The notes under the pieces are model-generated. The model did no database searches. It saw only the letters and a list, made by a program, of their open reading frames with translations, and was not told the DNA's origin. A stretch of 63,804 bases of DNA, counting the filler, from Octopus bimaculoides (Eukaryota), in the NCBI RefSeq assembly GCF_001194135.2. It is 6 parts of 6 records of this genome, joined end to end, with 100 filler letters (N's around TTAATTAATTAA, not from the genome) between each part and the next. Parts side by side here need not be neighbours in the genome. Positions count along the whole stretch, not along the records: positions 24,710 to 44,253 come from NC_068998.1; positions 44,354 to 48,362 come from NC_068985.1; positions 48,463 to 55,589 come from NC_068993.1; 3 more parts are not named here. One strand, 5' to 3'. This document shows positions 37,953 through 51,144 of the stretch, in pieces (position 1 is the stretch's first letter; every line of letters begins with the position of its first letter). The position numbers and the translations under genes were made by a program.

Positions 37953-40900
37953 TGCTACAACACAGTTTCGACTACTTATATGTAAACACCTATATACATA
38001 CATATGTTCACTATCGAAGAGATAATTAATAGAATTTCATACGACTCTTGAGATGCCTTCACGCATATAAATTATACTTTCGCACAATGCAGTGAGAATT
38101 AATTTTGAGTAACCGTTAACTTAATTTACTTTAAGGTATGGATGACTTAAATTTACTTATATCCTCCCCATTCTTATAAAAACCAAGAAGATAACTAACT
38201 CACTTTGTGATCAGGAGTACACCAAACCTCACGTGTGCGTATCCTCACATTTTTGCGGATGCTTGTATGAGTGACTGTACTCGTGCCATGTATTTTGCCC
38301 GAGGACGTCTATGCATCCATATCTGATAGCGTTTTGATGTAATCTGAGGTATCGTATTACTCTGCACCGTCATAGTTCTTGAAGTCGTTTGGCCATTATA
38401 TACATAGTTATCTCAATACTAGTATTAGGTACACGCACGCACGCACGCATGCATGCATGCATATATATAAGAAATGCGGAAACGTATAAGTGTCATACTA
38501 GTGTAGTATTTAAATGCAGCTGCATAATGTTTCCATTGAATAAGTCTACATTCAGTAATGAACCAAAGGACACTTATACGTTTCCGCGTTTCTTGATTGA
38601 TATATCTTATCATTACATCATAGATTATTGATAACTTGAAGCATTTTCTGTCTACAATTCTCTTCAGTTCTGTAATGATATTCGGCTACTTCTGTGTTAA
38701 TGATCGCTACTTCAGAATTAGTTCATTATTAGCATTGTAACGTATTTCGTACCGTCATCGCTTATCTTGACGTTGTTTTTATTAAGCATCATTCGCGAGT
38801 TGTGCCTTTCAAGTAGTTGTGAGACTGTGCTTAGAGAACGTTCGTGGGAGTTTAGCGTGATGTCATCTATTTTAATTTACATGTTTGCTCTCAAAGTGAG
38901 TAAGGAGTTCGAAAACTTGAGTCATTCTGGATACCCAGCGCAGCAATTGAACCGCCTTTTTTTTAACTAGTTACAGCTCCAGATGGACTTTGATATCGGA
39001 TTACCTGGAGTACAAAATTGATCTCAAGACTTTTTTGTTAGCCTGGTGTAGTTTTATTTGTGGAGATCTTACGCAGTATTTCATTTCGATTACTAATACC
39101 CTATTAATCCCCATATATACACAAACACATATTTATATATATATATGTAGATAGATAGATAGAATGTGTTCTTTCAGTGCATGTGTAAGTGCATTCATAT
39201 ATAAGTATGTTTGTGTGTGTGTGTGTACATGTATACATATATATGTACACATATATATGTATATATATTCATACACACATGTATGTATATATGTATGTAT
39301 GTATCTATCTATCTATTCATGTATTTATTAGAGAGAGATAGGTAGATCTGCAGCGAATTCAAAACAACTTTCCTTCGTATTCGCATATAATACCAACTAA
39401 TTGATTTCGAATGAATTTACATATAATATATTGCATTCGATACGATTATGCATTCTCTTTCTCGATTAAGATAAGTCGATGAACGATCTAAGTTTGACCT
39501 GTCAACCAACGTATGATTTGGCATTATTTAAACTGAGACTGAAGTTCCCAGAGTCATATCCTCAAGCTACATCTATTCCAAAGTTTACAATTTCAAATAT
39601 TAATAAATTGCTTTGATGAATACATGGACATGACTTGGTAAGTTTGGAGTATAAGCGATTGAAATATTTCCATCAAGTATCGGGTCTTCTTGAACCTACT
39701 CATGAACGATCGGAGCGAGGGATGATTTATTTAGTTGATTGTTCTTGTAGAAATGGCAGTCAAATCTGCTTTACACTATATCTATTCTTTTATATAAGAA
39801 TGTAGCCCAAGATATACGAAAAGGCCTGATGTTCTCTCTCAGAAATATTTTTGATCATACATTTGGTCGACTAGGGGCTGGAGTTAATTTTTTATACCAT
39901 TGTCGTCCCAAACCAAGCTTAAGTCAATTGGATAGTAAGGAACCATAAAGAATAAATAGATGAGGCCTACAAATTCAAAAGATAATACTTGGCAGAAGGC
40001 TGCATATCCTCGACCAGAGAAAACCAAGATGAAGGTAGCAAGTTACAAAGTGAAGCAATTCTAAGAATGGAAAAAAATATAACTAATTGGAACCTCAGTA
40101 CAGAAACGATGTGCTTTGAAAGAGTAGGGATTGATTCGCTTAAAGTTCTTGACAGGGGACACTAAACTAGAGTTCATCAGAGCAATGACCAGGGAAATAA
40201 TTATAGAGAATACACAACAAGCACACTTGATAATGGGCCAGAAATACCGACCTAGTAGAAATAAGAACCACGATGTTAAATATCTCGAACCTGAATCCGA
40301 TCCAGCAAGTCATTATGCTTGACTTGGTTCAAAATCGACATTCGGTGGAGGAACCAACCCAAAGATGACAATAATATTCAATGCAAAGTCGAATGGTACT
40401 TAATTTATCGACCCCGAAAGGATGAAAGTCAAAATCGACCTCGGCGGAATTTAAACTCAGAATGTAAAGACAGACGAAACACCGCTAAGCATTTCGCATA
40501 ACGTTTCTACCAGCTCTACCAGCTCGCCGCCTTAGCAATTAACAAATATTACTTTAAGAATGATAATAATTTCAATTGCACTCTATTTCTGCGTATCATG
40601 TATATTAACGTTAAAAAGAAGGAAAAGATTTGGCTTTTGAAATGAATGTTTCGTACCTCACATAGATAATATCAAAATCTACAGGCTTTAAATAAATTTT
40701 TCGGAAGAGCGTAAATCAAAGAGTTCTTGACACTTCCTAAAAGGCGAGAAAATAGTTTGTCATATAGCATCATATTTGTGAGAAACAATGACATATATCA
40801 ACGAAACTGCGATCGAAGAGGTACAGGAAGCCCTCAATTAAAGTAGGTAAACAATAGCAGAAAATAAACGAGGAAGAATAACAGTATTGACATATGTGCA

Positions 40901-41479
40901 TTAAAAATTTGACGCCGTTTTTGTAAATAAATTTCACAATGATCATCGCTATTTTCTTTGACTTGAAATTTGCTTCTGTTTTCGCTATTGTTCAATTTTA
41001 ACATTTCTGTCTACTTGCCATTATCAAAAATTTACAAATAGTTATTTATTAAGTTCATTGCGACATCATGAAATTATAGAATCATGAAATAATCTGGTCA
41101 CATGAGAACGATGAAATTATATCTAAGTATATCGCAATACAAAGTTAGTATATTTAGTTTAGATTATCTTCGCTTTGGCCACTTCTCTCTCTCACTCTAT
41201 CTCTCTGTTTTCTCTTTCTCTCACTCACTGTTTCTATCTCTCAATACATATATACATACATACATATGTATCTCTCAATATATATATATATATATATATA
41301 TATGTTGCAAGTTTCCTGTTGTGAAATCATTTGCTGAAACCTGTTGTATTTCGGGCTGGTCATTTTTATCATTTTTTTTTTTTTGCTACTGAATTGTCGT
41401 GCCAGGAGAAATTCAGCTCTAACAACACCAAACTGTATTTCGTGTAAGCTAAGTCTAGGTTACTTAAAATATATTTCTG

Positions 41480-41592
41480 AACGTAAGGATTATGGCAGCA
41501 TTCACCACTTAAACAAGGAGACCGTCCCGAAGAGTTGCAGGAAATTCCGATGTCGCCTGGTGATCGTACTTGAAGCGAATGGCGATTTTGTT
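41480..41592 (+). mobile_element. Tc1/mariner transposase C-terminal relic, interrupted by a SINE tail
   Basis: LNKETVPKSCRKFRCRLVIVLEANGDF matches the typical C-terminal pattern ..AC..FR.RLEAV.EANG.F. Confidence 0.65.
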
Positions 41593-41953
41593 GTATACAT
41601 TTACTCTTTACTCTTTCACTTGTTTCAGTCATTTGACTGCGGCCATGCTGGAGCACCGCCTTTAGTCGAGCAAGTCGACCCCGGGACTTATTCTTTGTAA
41701 GCCTAGTACTTATTCTATCGGTCTCTTTTCGCCGAACCGCTAAGTGACTCTTGAGTATTTTAAGATAATTTTATGTAATTTTGGTAAACATATCTCTTAA
41801 CATGAGATGTCTGTTATTTTCATTTTTGCGTAATTTAGAAGACAATTTATTAACCGCACCCTTTATATATATATGTGTGTGTGTGTGTATATACATGTAT
41901 ATATGTATGTACTTTTATATATGTATATACACCACATAAATATATATGTGTAA

Positions 41954-41990
<37 letters not shown>

Positions 41991-42022
41991 CACGCATATG
42001 TATGTATATATGTGTGTATATA

Positions 42023-42065
<43 letters not shown>

Positions 42066-43344
42066 CATTGTAAATAGATAGATAGATAGACAGACAGATA
42101 GATCCACAGACACAGAAACTACTAGGTAGGCAGTTGGTGTGTGCATATATAAATGTTTGTTGTGTCAAATGATCTGTGGAAATCTCTCTGCATATGAATC
42201 TTTTCCAGATTATTTTCGTGATGAAATCTATGGATTTGTATCTGCATCGAAAATATATTTGACTTACCTTAGATGTATGGCGCCTAAATCATAAGTTTTC
42301 ATCGGAATTCGATCGACTTTCACTGTGAACCACAATATACTCTTCAAGAAAAATACAATAAGAATAGTAAAGTAATGAAAGAATACACATCGAAACTGAG
42401 TCTACAAAACAAACAAATGAATAACTATAAGTTTGATCACTGTTAGCACTTTGCACGATCAAAGGACACACACTCCACTATCTTGAAAATTTCCTTTCAT
42501 GAAGAACTAATATTTATCTTGGGTGCTCTTTGATCAAGTTTATATAGTAAATAGCAGAGGAACAAAGAAAACCTGGAGATGTTTGAAGAGGAAATCCAAA
42601 ATATACGTAATTGAGTGTCTCAAGAATGACATAGAGTACCAAATATTGTCTTTTTTGTTTTTGCAACTTAACTGTGAAAATAACCTACATACGTGTGAAC
42701 CAGTGTTTGTGTACACACTCACATACACATATACACAAACATACATGCACATATGCACGTGCGTATTTGCATGTAATATTATATCCGTACAATATATATG
42801 ATATATATATATATATATGTAAATGTAGTAAGTATGCACATACATACACGCACATATATTTATGCAGGTGTGCACTTAGGTAGAGGATATATATATATAT
42901 ATATATAATGTATACAAACACATACGCATATATATAATGAATGTGTACAGAGGCGTATGCCTGTATTTCCATATATATTATTATGTACGATTTGCATATA
43001 TATATATGTGTACGTTGGCAAATATGCGCCTTCAATATCTCTACGCACATACACATACATATATGCATAAATACGTATACATAGAGTGAGATAGAGATAT
43101 AGATATTTACATATGTATATACATATATATATATGTAAGCGTGTATATAATTTGTGGATATATATATATATACACACACATATATATACCCAAGTTATAT
43201 ATAATATATATTATATATCACATATTATATATTTATATATGTATGTATAATATATATGTATAATATATATGTATGTATAATATATATGTATAATATATAT
43301 ATATATATTTATATATGCATATATATGTATAATATATATATATG

Positions 43345-43387
<43 letters not shown>

Positions 43388-43427
43388 TACATATATCCAC
43401 AAATTATATATAATATATATCACATAT

Positions 43428-43465
<38 letters not shown>

Positions 43466-43475
43466 NNNNNNNNNN

Positions 43476-43507
<32 letters not shown>

Positions 43508-44219
43508 GTATATATATATGCGTATGCCGAGACACGAATGCTCATGTGTGTGCGTGTGTGTGGATATCCGTTGTTTGCGGTTATTATTTTATTGAAATTT
43601 CATTATATTAGAATAGCGGCAGACTACTTGCAAATGAAGAGTGGACTCCATACCAAAAGCAGGATATATTTGATGTAACATTCGGGAAAATCTGATTTGG
43701 CCGAACGGGAGTGAAGGAAATACACAGAAATAGAATAGGATGCCATACTTTTGATGTACAGGTGTAGCAACTAATTCTGTATAATAATTGTATCTTTAAT
43801 TCAGAGGGCGCAAACATCTGAATAATGAGTTTCAACGACGTTTCACGCAAATAAACATATGTATGGAGAAGAAAATGTGAAGTGCTGAAGATACAAAGCA
43901 ATGAAATAAATTAATATATTATTAAAGGAGAACAAATGTCAACGACTTCTGAAATGAGATGCAGCTCAACGAGGTTGTTATTTCTATTGCAATTAATAAT
44001 ATAAGGCAAAAAAATAAACTCTAATATGTCGTTATTGGGACAGATACGTATTATATGAATATTGTGTGTGCATGCATATGCGATTCTTGAGTGTGTTTGT
44101 GTGTGTGTCTGTGTGTGCAGATGAACTAATAACCCTATCAAATATAGGTTTCTGTTTAATATTTCCTAGAGAAAATTTTGTTTACTTTCTGTAAATCTAA
44201 TGTATAAATATCTAATATA

Positions 44220-44253
<34 letters not shown>

Positions 44254-44574
44254 NNNNNNNNNNNNNNNNNNNNNNNNNNNNNNNNNNNNNNNNNNNNTTA
44301 ATTAATTAANNNNNNNNNNNNNNNNNNNNNNNNNNNNNNNNNNNNNNNNNNNNTTATGTTTCTCGACATTTTTCAAATGTCAAGAAGGAAATTTTTGTAT
44401 TTTGCTAGGGCCGAAACTGCCCCTGGGGGCCAATTCCTGCCCTTGAAAATACACACAAATGAAGCCTAGGTGCTTCGCAACAAAATTATTTAAAAATTCC
44501 AACAAAATGTGGACAGTAAATGGTCAAATAAACGTTTACCTTCGCAGCCGATATGACAGCACGTCCGTGAGAAG

Positions 44575-44646
<72 letters not shown>

Positions 44647-45149
44647 GGACGGACAACGAGCTTCCACCCAGTTTCCATCTATAAATTCACTCACAGGGCA
44701 CTAGTTGGCCCCCAAGTTATAGACGCTTGCCTTAAGTGCAGTGCCGCGCAGTGAGACTGATCCTAAAACCACTTGGTCGCAAAGTGAACTCCTTTTTGAG
44801 AGAAACAAAAGACGAACGTTAGAGAGAAGTGAGAGGAAAGAATGAGAGAGAGAGAGAAGGAGGAAGAAAAAAGGGGGTGACAAAGGTTGGGAAAAAGAAA
44901 AAAGTTGGGAGGGGAGTAAACAAAGAGGGGATCTTTTTGGTTTGACGGGCAACGTTTTTCATTTATGTTTTATGTAGTGTTTTTGGTACCGAAACACTTT
45001 CAAACTTCGTATACTTGTTTGTATATTTTGTGTTATAGAACAGATAAAACGTTTTGTATTCGAAGTTATGGATCTTTTTGGTTTGAAGGGCAACATTTTC
45101 GTTAAGAAAACAAGTGTTGCCCGTCAAACCAAAAAGATCCCACATATGT

Positions 45150-45870
45150 GTATGTGTGTAGAGAGGAAAGGAGAGAGACAAAAGGATTAAATAAGAATAA
45201 ATTGAGAAAGATTGAGTCAGTATGAATGAAACAAGAGAAAGAAAAAAGATACGAGAAGCGATAAAGCATAAACGAGAAAGTGTGTGTGTGTGTGTGTGTG
45301 TAATGGTTGTAGTAGTAGTAGAGAGAGAGAGGGAGAAGCAGTAATGTTTGTGAAAAGGAGAAAATTAAAGCAGACGATGCGTGCGCTGAATAGAGAGAGA
45401 GAGATAGGGAGTAATTAGAGAGGAAATAGGGAGTGAGACAGATTAGAGAGGGAGTATGCAGTGTATGGAGAAGAGTGACAGAGGAAGACAAGAGAAAAGT
45501 GTGAGTGAAGTTGATTAGAAAGGGAGTGAAGACTGTGTAGAGGAGTAAAGAATGACGGAGAGAGAAGAGAGAGTGAAAGAGGTATTAGAGGGGTAATAGT
45601 GATCGAAGAGGAGAAGACAGAGGAAAGAGAAGGGAGAGAGAGTAAGAGATAGATTGAGTAAGTGATAGAGAGAGAATAAGAGATATACAGGGAGTAAACA
45701 CGGGGTGAAAAGTACAAAGAAATAGATAGAGAGATGAGCGAGAAGAGAGGGAGAAAAGAAGCAAAAGAAGCAGAAAGGTCAGAACGAAAATAGATAACAG
45801 AAAGAAATAGAAACGAAAAAAAAGGTAGAAAAACAAAGATATCGAAAGAGAGAAAACGTGGAAGAAGCCA

Positions 45871-45905
<35 letters not shown>

Positions 45906-46624
45906 NNNNNNNNNNNNNNNNNNNNNNNNNNNNNNNNNNNNNNNNNNNNNNNNNNNNNNNNNNNNNNNNNNNNNNNNNNNNNNNNNNNNNNNNNNNNNNN
46001 NNNNNNNNNNNNNNNNNNNNNNNNNNNNNNNNNNNNNNNNNNNNNNNNNNNNNNNNNNNNNNNNNNNNNNNNNNNNNNNNNNNNNNNNNNNNNNNNNNNN
46101 AAGATACGACAGCAAAAGAGAGAAAGCAAAAAGAAAAAATATGATATAATAGAGAAAAGAAGAAAGAAAGAGAAAACCAAAGATAAGACAGCAAAAGAGA
46201 GAAAGCAAAAAGAAAGAATATGATATAATAGAGAAAAGAAAAAAGAAAGAGAAAACCAAAGATACGACAGCAAAAGAGAGAAAGCAAAAAGAAAAAATAT
46301 GATATAATAGAGAAAAGAAAAAAGAAAGAGAAAACCAAAGATAAGACAGCAAAAGAGAGAAAGAAGAGTGAGTGATGAAGTCCCGCTGCATACGTCGGCC
46401 GCCATTGGTTGATTAGTGTGATTGGCGCCAGGTGTCATCTGGTGGCAGCACCAATCAACACTCGTCGTCCGCCACAGCTTCGTTAACATCCAGCTAACTG
46501 GTGTCGCTGTTGTAGAATATAACTTAGCAAAGGCGGTCAACTGCTCGGATCAAACCTACTGTTTCGATACTGCTTTCCTACTGCAGCAGCTCTTTCACTT
46601 CCGCTTAGCATTTCTTTTGTTCAC

Positions 46625-46666
<42 letters not shown>

Positions 46667-47095
46667 TTTCTTTCTATATCTCTGTCGTTTTATTCTCGCT
46701 CCTACTCTCTCTCTCTCTCTCTCTCTCCGTGTTTCTTTCTATATCTCTGTCGTTTTATTCTCGCTCCTACTCTCTCTCTCTCTCTCTCTCTATTCCTAAT
46801 TTTTCTCTCTCTTTTTCTATATAGCTTTCACTTCCTTTTCTTCCCCCTTTGTATTTGCTTCTATCTGTACATATCTTTCACTTACTCTCTCTCTGTCTCA
46901 CACACACATTTTACATCCCTCTCTCCGTATTTCCTTTCTCTCTCTCTCTCTCTCTCCCTCTATACTCCACTCTTTCGCTTCCTATGTTCTTTTACACAGT
47001 TTTCTTATGCCTCTCTCTTCCCGTCTTTGTCCTACTCTCTCTCTCTCTCTCTCTCTTTTCTCTCTTATGTTTACATAACTTTCACTATCTCTCTG
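45150..47095. repeat. Polypurine tract (45150-46365) and polypyrimidine tract (46621-47095) flanking a GC-richer island
   Basis: GA/AAAG-rich plus strand, then a CT-rich plus strand containing a 65-bp tandem duplication (units from 46662 and 46727). Confidence 0.9.
46101..46362. repeat. 79-bp purine-rich minisatellite (about 3.3 copies visible) with 158-bp alternation
   Basis: Units start at 46101, 46180, 46259 and 46338, alternating aagatacgac and aagataagac. Confidence 0.92.
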
Positions 47096-47294
47096 CACTT
47101 GTTTCAGTCATTTGACTGTGGCCATGCTGGAGCACCGCCTTTAGTCGAACAAATCGACCCCAGGACTTATTCTTTGTAAGCCTAGTACTTATTCTATCGG
47201 TCTCTTAAGCCGAACCGCTAGATTAAAGGGACGTAAACACACCAGCATCGGTTGTCAAGTGATGTTGGGGGTGGGGACAAACACAGACACACAA

Positions 47295-47333
<39 letters not shown>

Positions 47334-47869
47334 NNNNNNNNNNNNNNNNNNNNNNNNNNNNNNNNNNNNNNNNNNNNNNNNNNNNNNNNNNNNNNNNNNN
47401 NNNNNNNNNNNNNNNNNNNNNNNNNNNNNNNNNNNNNNNNNNNNNNNNNNNNNNNNNNNNNNNNNNNNNNNNNNNNNNNNNNNNNNNNNNNNNNNNNNNN
47501 NNNNNNNNNNNNNNNNNNNNNNNNNNNNNNNNNNNNNNNNNNNNNNNNNNNNNNNNNNNNNNNNNNNNNNNNNNNNNNNNNNNNNNNNNNNNNNNNNNNN
47601 NNNNNNNNNNNNNNNNNNNNNNNNNNNNNNNNNNNNNNNNNNNNNNNNNNNNNNNNNNNNNNNNNNNNNNNNNNNNNNNNNNNNNNNNNNNNNNNNNNNN
47701 NNNNNNNNNNNNNNNNNNNNNNNNNNNNNNNNNNNNNNNNNNNNNNNNNNTATATATAATAATAATACAAAGAATATATATACATGTATACACACATATA
47801 TGTACATACTTACATCTACATGTGTATATATATGCATATCAGGGTACAGGACGTTAGAACAATGAACTA

Positions 47870-48362
47870 CAGACAACGGAACGAACACATAGGAAAACGG
47901 AAAGCCACTTGGAATATTCCTTCATCAGCTGTCTCTATTCTAACTAGACGTTACGAACAATTTGAAAACATAGAGCTCATCCCTGATTTGATCAATCTGC
48001 CGGCGGACGGCACAAAATTACAAGTGGCCGTAGAGGGCAGGAGGCCGAGGTGTTACCTATGTGGTGGCAAGAACCACCTCATGGTCTCTTGCCCCAGAAA
48101 GAAAGGGGAGGAACGGCCAGCACTACTACCAACACCAGTGTCAGTATTACTGCCAGCGCAGCAGCAACAACAACAGGTGCAGCAGCATGGACCAACGGTC
48201 GATGCATTAATGACATCGCATCAGTCATCTATTACTGCTTGACCGTCGTCCCTTGCCCCGTATGTTGGCTGAACAAGCCTGGTCTGCATACTTTCCCGCT
48301 TTCTGTAGAGGGGTCGCGTTGTGTTGGTAAGGCACTCCATCTGCTGTCAACAGCCGCTGAAT
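47870..48362 (+). mobile_element. L1/Tx1-like LINE relic: ORF1 zinc knuckle followed by an APE-endonuclease-like fragment
   Basis: LQVAVEGRRPR then CYLCGGKNHLMVSC (CX2CX4HX4C, 48051-48092). Downstream AWSAYFPAFCRGVA resembles an APE N-terminal segment (family resemblance from memory). Confidence 0.65.
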
Positions 48363-48462
48363 NNNNNNNNNNNNNNNNNNNNNNNNNNNNNNNNNNNNNN
48401 NNNNNNTTAATTAATTAANNNNNNNNNNNNNNNNNNNNNNNNNNNNNNNNNNNNNNNNNNNN

Positions 48463-48496
<34 letters not shown>

Positions 48497-48497
48497 C

Positions 48498-48545
<48 letters not shown>

Positions 48546-49259
48546 GTATATGTATGTATGTAAGTTTATATATGTATATGTGAGTGTGCATGTATAAATA
48601 TGTGTGTATACAGATGGAGTGAGAGAGGGAGAGTAAGGTAACGAGAGAGAGTGTGAGAGAGAGAACATTATCTTCTCGTATATCATGTTTTATCGGTTAT
48701 TCGTGTCTCTTAAAAGGTTTTAAGTCGCCAACGTATACGTAATGTGAAATATATACATATACTTATATGTAGATATATATATGTACATGTGTGTATACAC
48801 AGAGGGAGAGAGAGGGGGAGAGTGACAGACAGAGAAAGAGCAGGCGAGGATGGGGAAAAGGATTAATTTAGAAAGAGAGGAAGTGGAAAAGATTAAGCAC
48901 AAAAAAAAAATGAAGGAAGAAATACGTTAAAAGAAAAGCCAAATTATAGAAACAGTGAGAAAGAGAGTAACGAAGAGGAGGAGGAGGATAAACGATAATC
49001 TGGTCGAAAGTACGAGATAAAAAGTCGGCTTTTAGTTTAAAACGTCCTAAGCGGCATCTGATGGGGGCTCCTTTACGTTAATACTGGACTGCAATTTTCT
49101 TGCCTCTTCTGGATTATGTGGGCGAAATGAGATGATTCGGCGCAGTTGTTTGGACGCTTAGACGCTGGAGAATTGGCACGGCTGACAAGTCATCTTATTT
49201 ATGGGAGAGGGTTTTTTTTATGACATCTGGGTCAAATATTGAAGGGGATAAAGAATTGT

Positions 49260-49612
49260 AGTTCCGGGTTCAGTCCCACTGCGTGGCACCTTGGGCGAGT
49301 GTCTTCTACTATAGCCTCGGGCCGACCAAAGCCTTGTGAGTGGATTTGGTAGACAGAAACTGAAAGAAGCCCGTCGTATATATGTATATGCATATACGTG
49401 TGTTTGTGTGTCTGTGTTTGTCCCCCCAACATCGCTTGACAACCGATGCTTGTGTGTTTACGTCCCCGTAACTTAACGGTTCGGCAAAAGAAACCGATCG
49501 AATAAGTACTAGGCTTACAAAGAATAAGTCCTGGGGTCGATTTGCTCGACTAAAGGCGGTGCTTCAGCATGGCCACAGTCAAATGAAACAAATGAAACAA
49601 GTAAAAGAGTAA
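49260..49612 (+). mobile_element. tRNA-derived CORE-type SINE (family A), nearly complete, with internal TA/TG microsatellite
   Basis: B box ggttcagtccc; CORE-like gtggcaccttgggcgagtgtcttctactatagcctc; internal microsatellite; tail ...gcttcagcatggccacagtcaaatg...gtaaaagagt. Other copies: 1263-1358(-), 3900-4010(+), 5130-5335(+), 6900-7050(+), 29168-29483(+), 41601-41745(-), 44560-44795(-), 47096-47333(-), 54318-54376(-), 55440-55545(-), 60440-60530(-). Confidence 0.9.
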
Positions 49613-49759
49613 CAGGTCACGTAGGGGTCTCCACGATAGTACTTCTATTTCTAGCAGATCGAGTGTCAATATTGATACAAGACAGTCAGCAGTTATTTCT
49701 CTCTAGACATTCGCTTAAAACGGAAGGTAAAAAATTAGAGATCATTTATGCATTAAATG

Positions 49760-49900
49760 TGTCAAGAAACACCTGGTACTCCTAAAACTGGAGTCGAGCT
49801 TTTGCACTGCACTGACGTATTTTGAGGCCAACAAACCAATACAGGCTTACATGACAGACCGAAAAGCGCTGCCCCGAGAAAGCGTCGACTGCGGATGGGT
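49760..49900 (+). mobile_element. Possible Tc1 N-terminal relic
   Basis: TGLHDRPKSAAPRK resembles TG...DRPRSGRPRK; short and degenerate. Confidence 0.3.
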
Positions 49901-50347
49901 GGAGACCGTCCCAACACATTACCTACGCTATTGAGCTTCTGATCTTCATGGTCAAATTTCCAAGCGTTGCACAAAATATCAAACAACATCAATAAACGAG
50001 TGAATAAATAAATATATAATAAAGTAGAAAAACGTTTTATACAATTTATAGCAGTTTGTTGAGTCTTCATTTGTTTACTGTTTCTTTATTTTATTAATTT
50101 TAATTACTTTTATTTATTTTCCAGTTGAGTTTTATTGTCATTTTTGTTACTGAATTATATTGGGTCGTTCAGGCTGTTGATTTATGAAACAGTTTAAACA
50201 AATTTAATGACAGACATATATGGTTTTTTCCTTTTCTTTTCTTTTCTTTCTTTTTTTTTTTGTTTGTTTGTTTCTTTCTTTTTGATTTGCAAATATAAAT
50301 ACAATATAATTGGCAGAAAAAATATATAACATACTTATATACATTCG

Positions 50348-50391
<44 letters not shown>

Positions 50392-50492
50392 CACATATAT
50401 TTATACATACATATATATCTGTATGTATGTATGTATGTATGTATGCATGTATGTATGTATGTATTTGTGTGTGTGTATGTATGTATTTATGT

Positions 50493-50543
<51 letters not shown>

Positions 50544-50834
50544 GGTATGTGAGTGTGTGTATGTATATGCATTTACAGATACATGTATATACATACATAT
50601 CTATGTAAACACACACACAAACACATACAAATATATATACATATATATGTTGGGGGTATATAAATATATGTATATAGATAGATAGTTAGATAGATGGATA
50701 GAGAGAGAGAGAAAGAGAGAGAGATAAATAGATAAATATTCTTACATACACATACATATACATATTTAGATATGTATATGTATATATATATATACATATA
50801 TACATACATGGAAAAGCATACATACATACATACA

Positions 50835-50865
<31 letters not shown>

Positions 50866-51019
50866 GTACATACATACAAAACGAAAGAAAGCAAAATGTG
50901 GAGACTTTCAGACGATGAATATTTAAGTATAAATATATAGCTATTTATATTAATAGATGCAATATGTATACAATACATATGACAGAGAAAATTAAAGGGA
51001 AGAAAGAAAGATGTTATAA

Positions 51020-51144
51020 GCTCAACAGCTGTTTCTGGGAGCTCGGAGATTCACCATAATGCTAGAAGAAGTAATTCATCACCATATGCAGGCGTGATGA
51101 ACGCAGTCAACATTAGATAAACCGAGCCTCCGTCGTCAGAGTAG
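51020..51144 (-). ncRNA. Hammerhead ribozyme motif with branched stem II insertion, degenerate stem I
   Basis: CUGACGA (51133-51139); stem ggag(g)cucgg/ccgagcucc; inner hairpin uucaucac/gugaugaa (51075-51101); GAA-ACAGCUGU (51025-51035). Confidence 0.65.
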
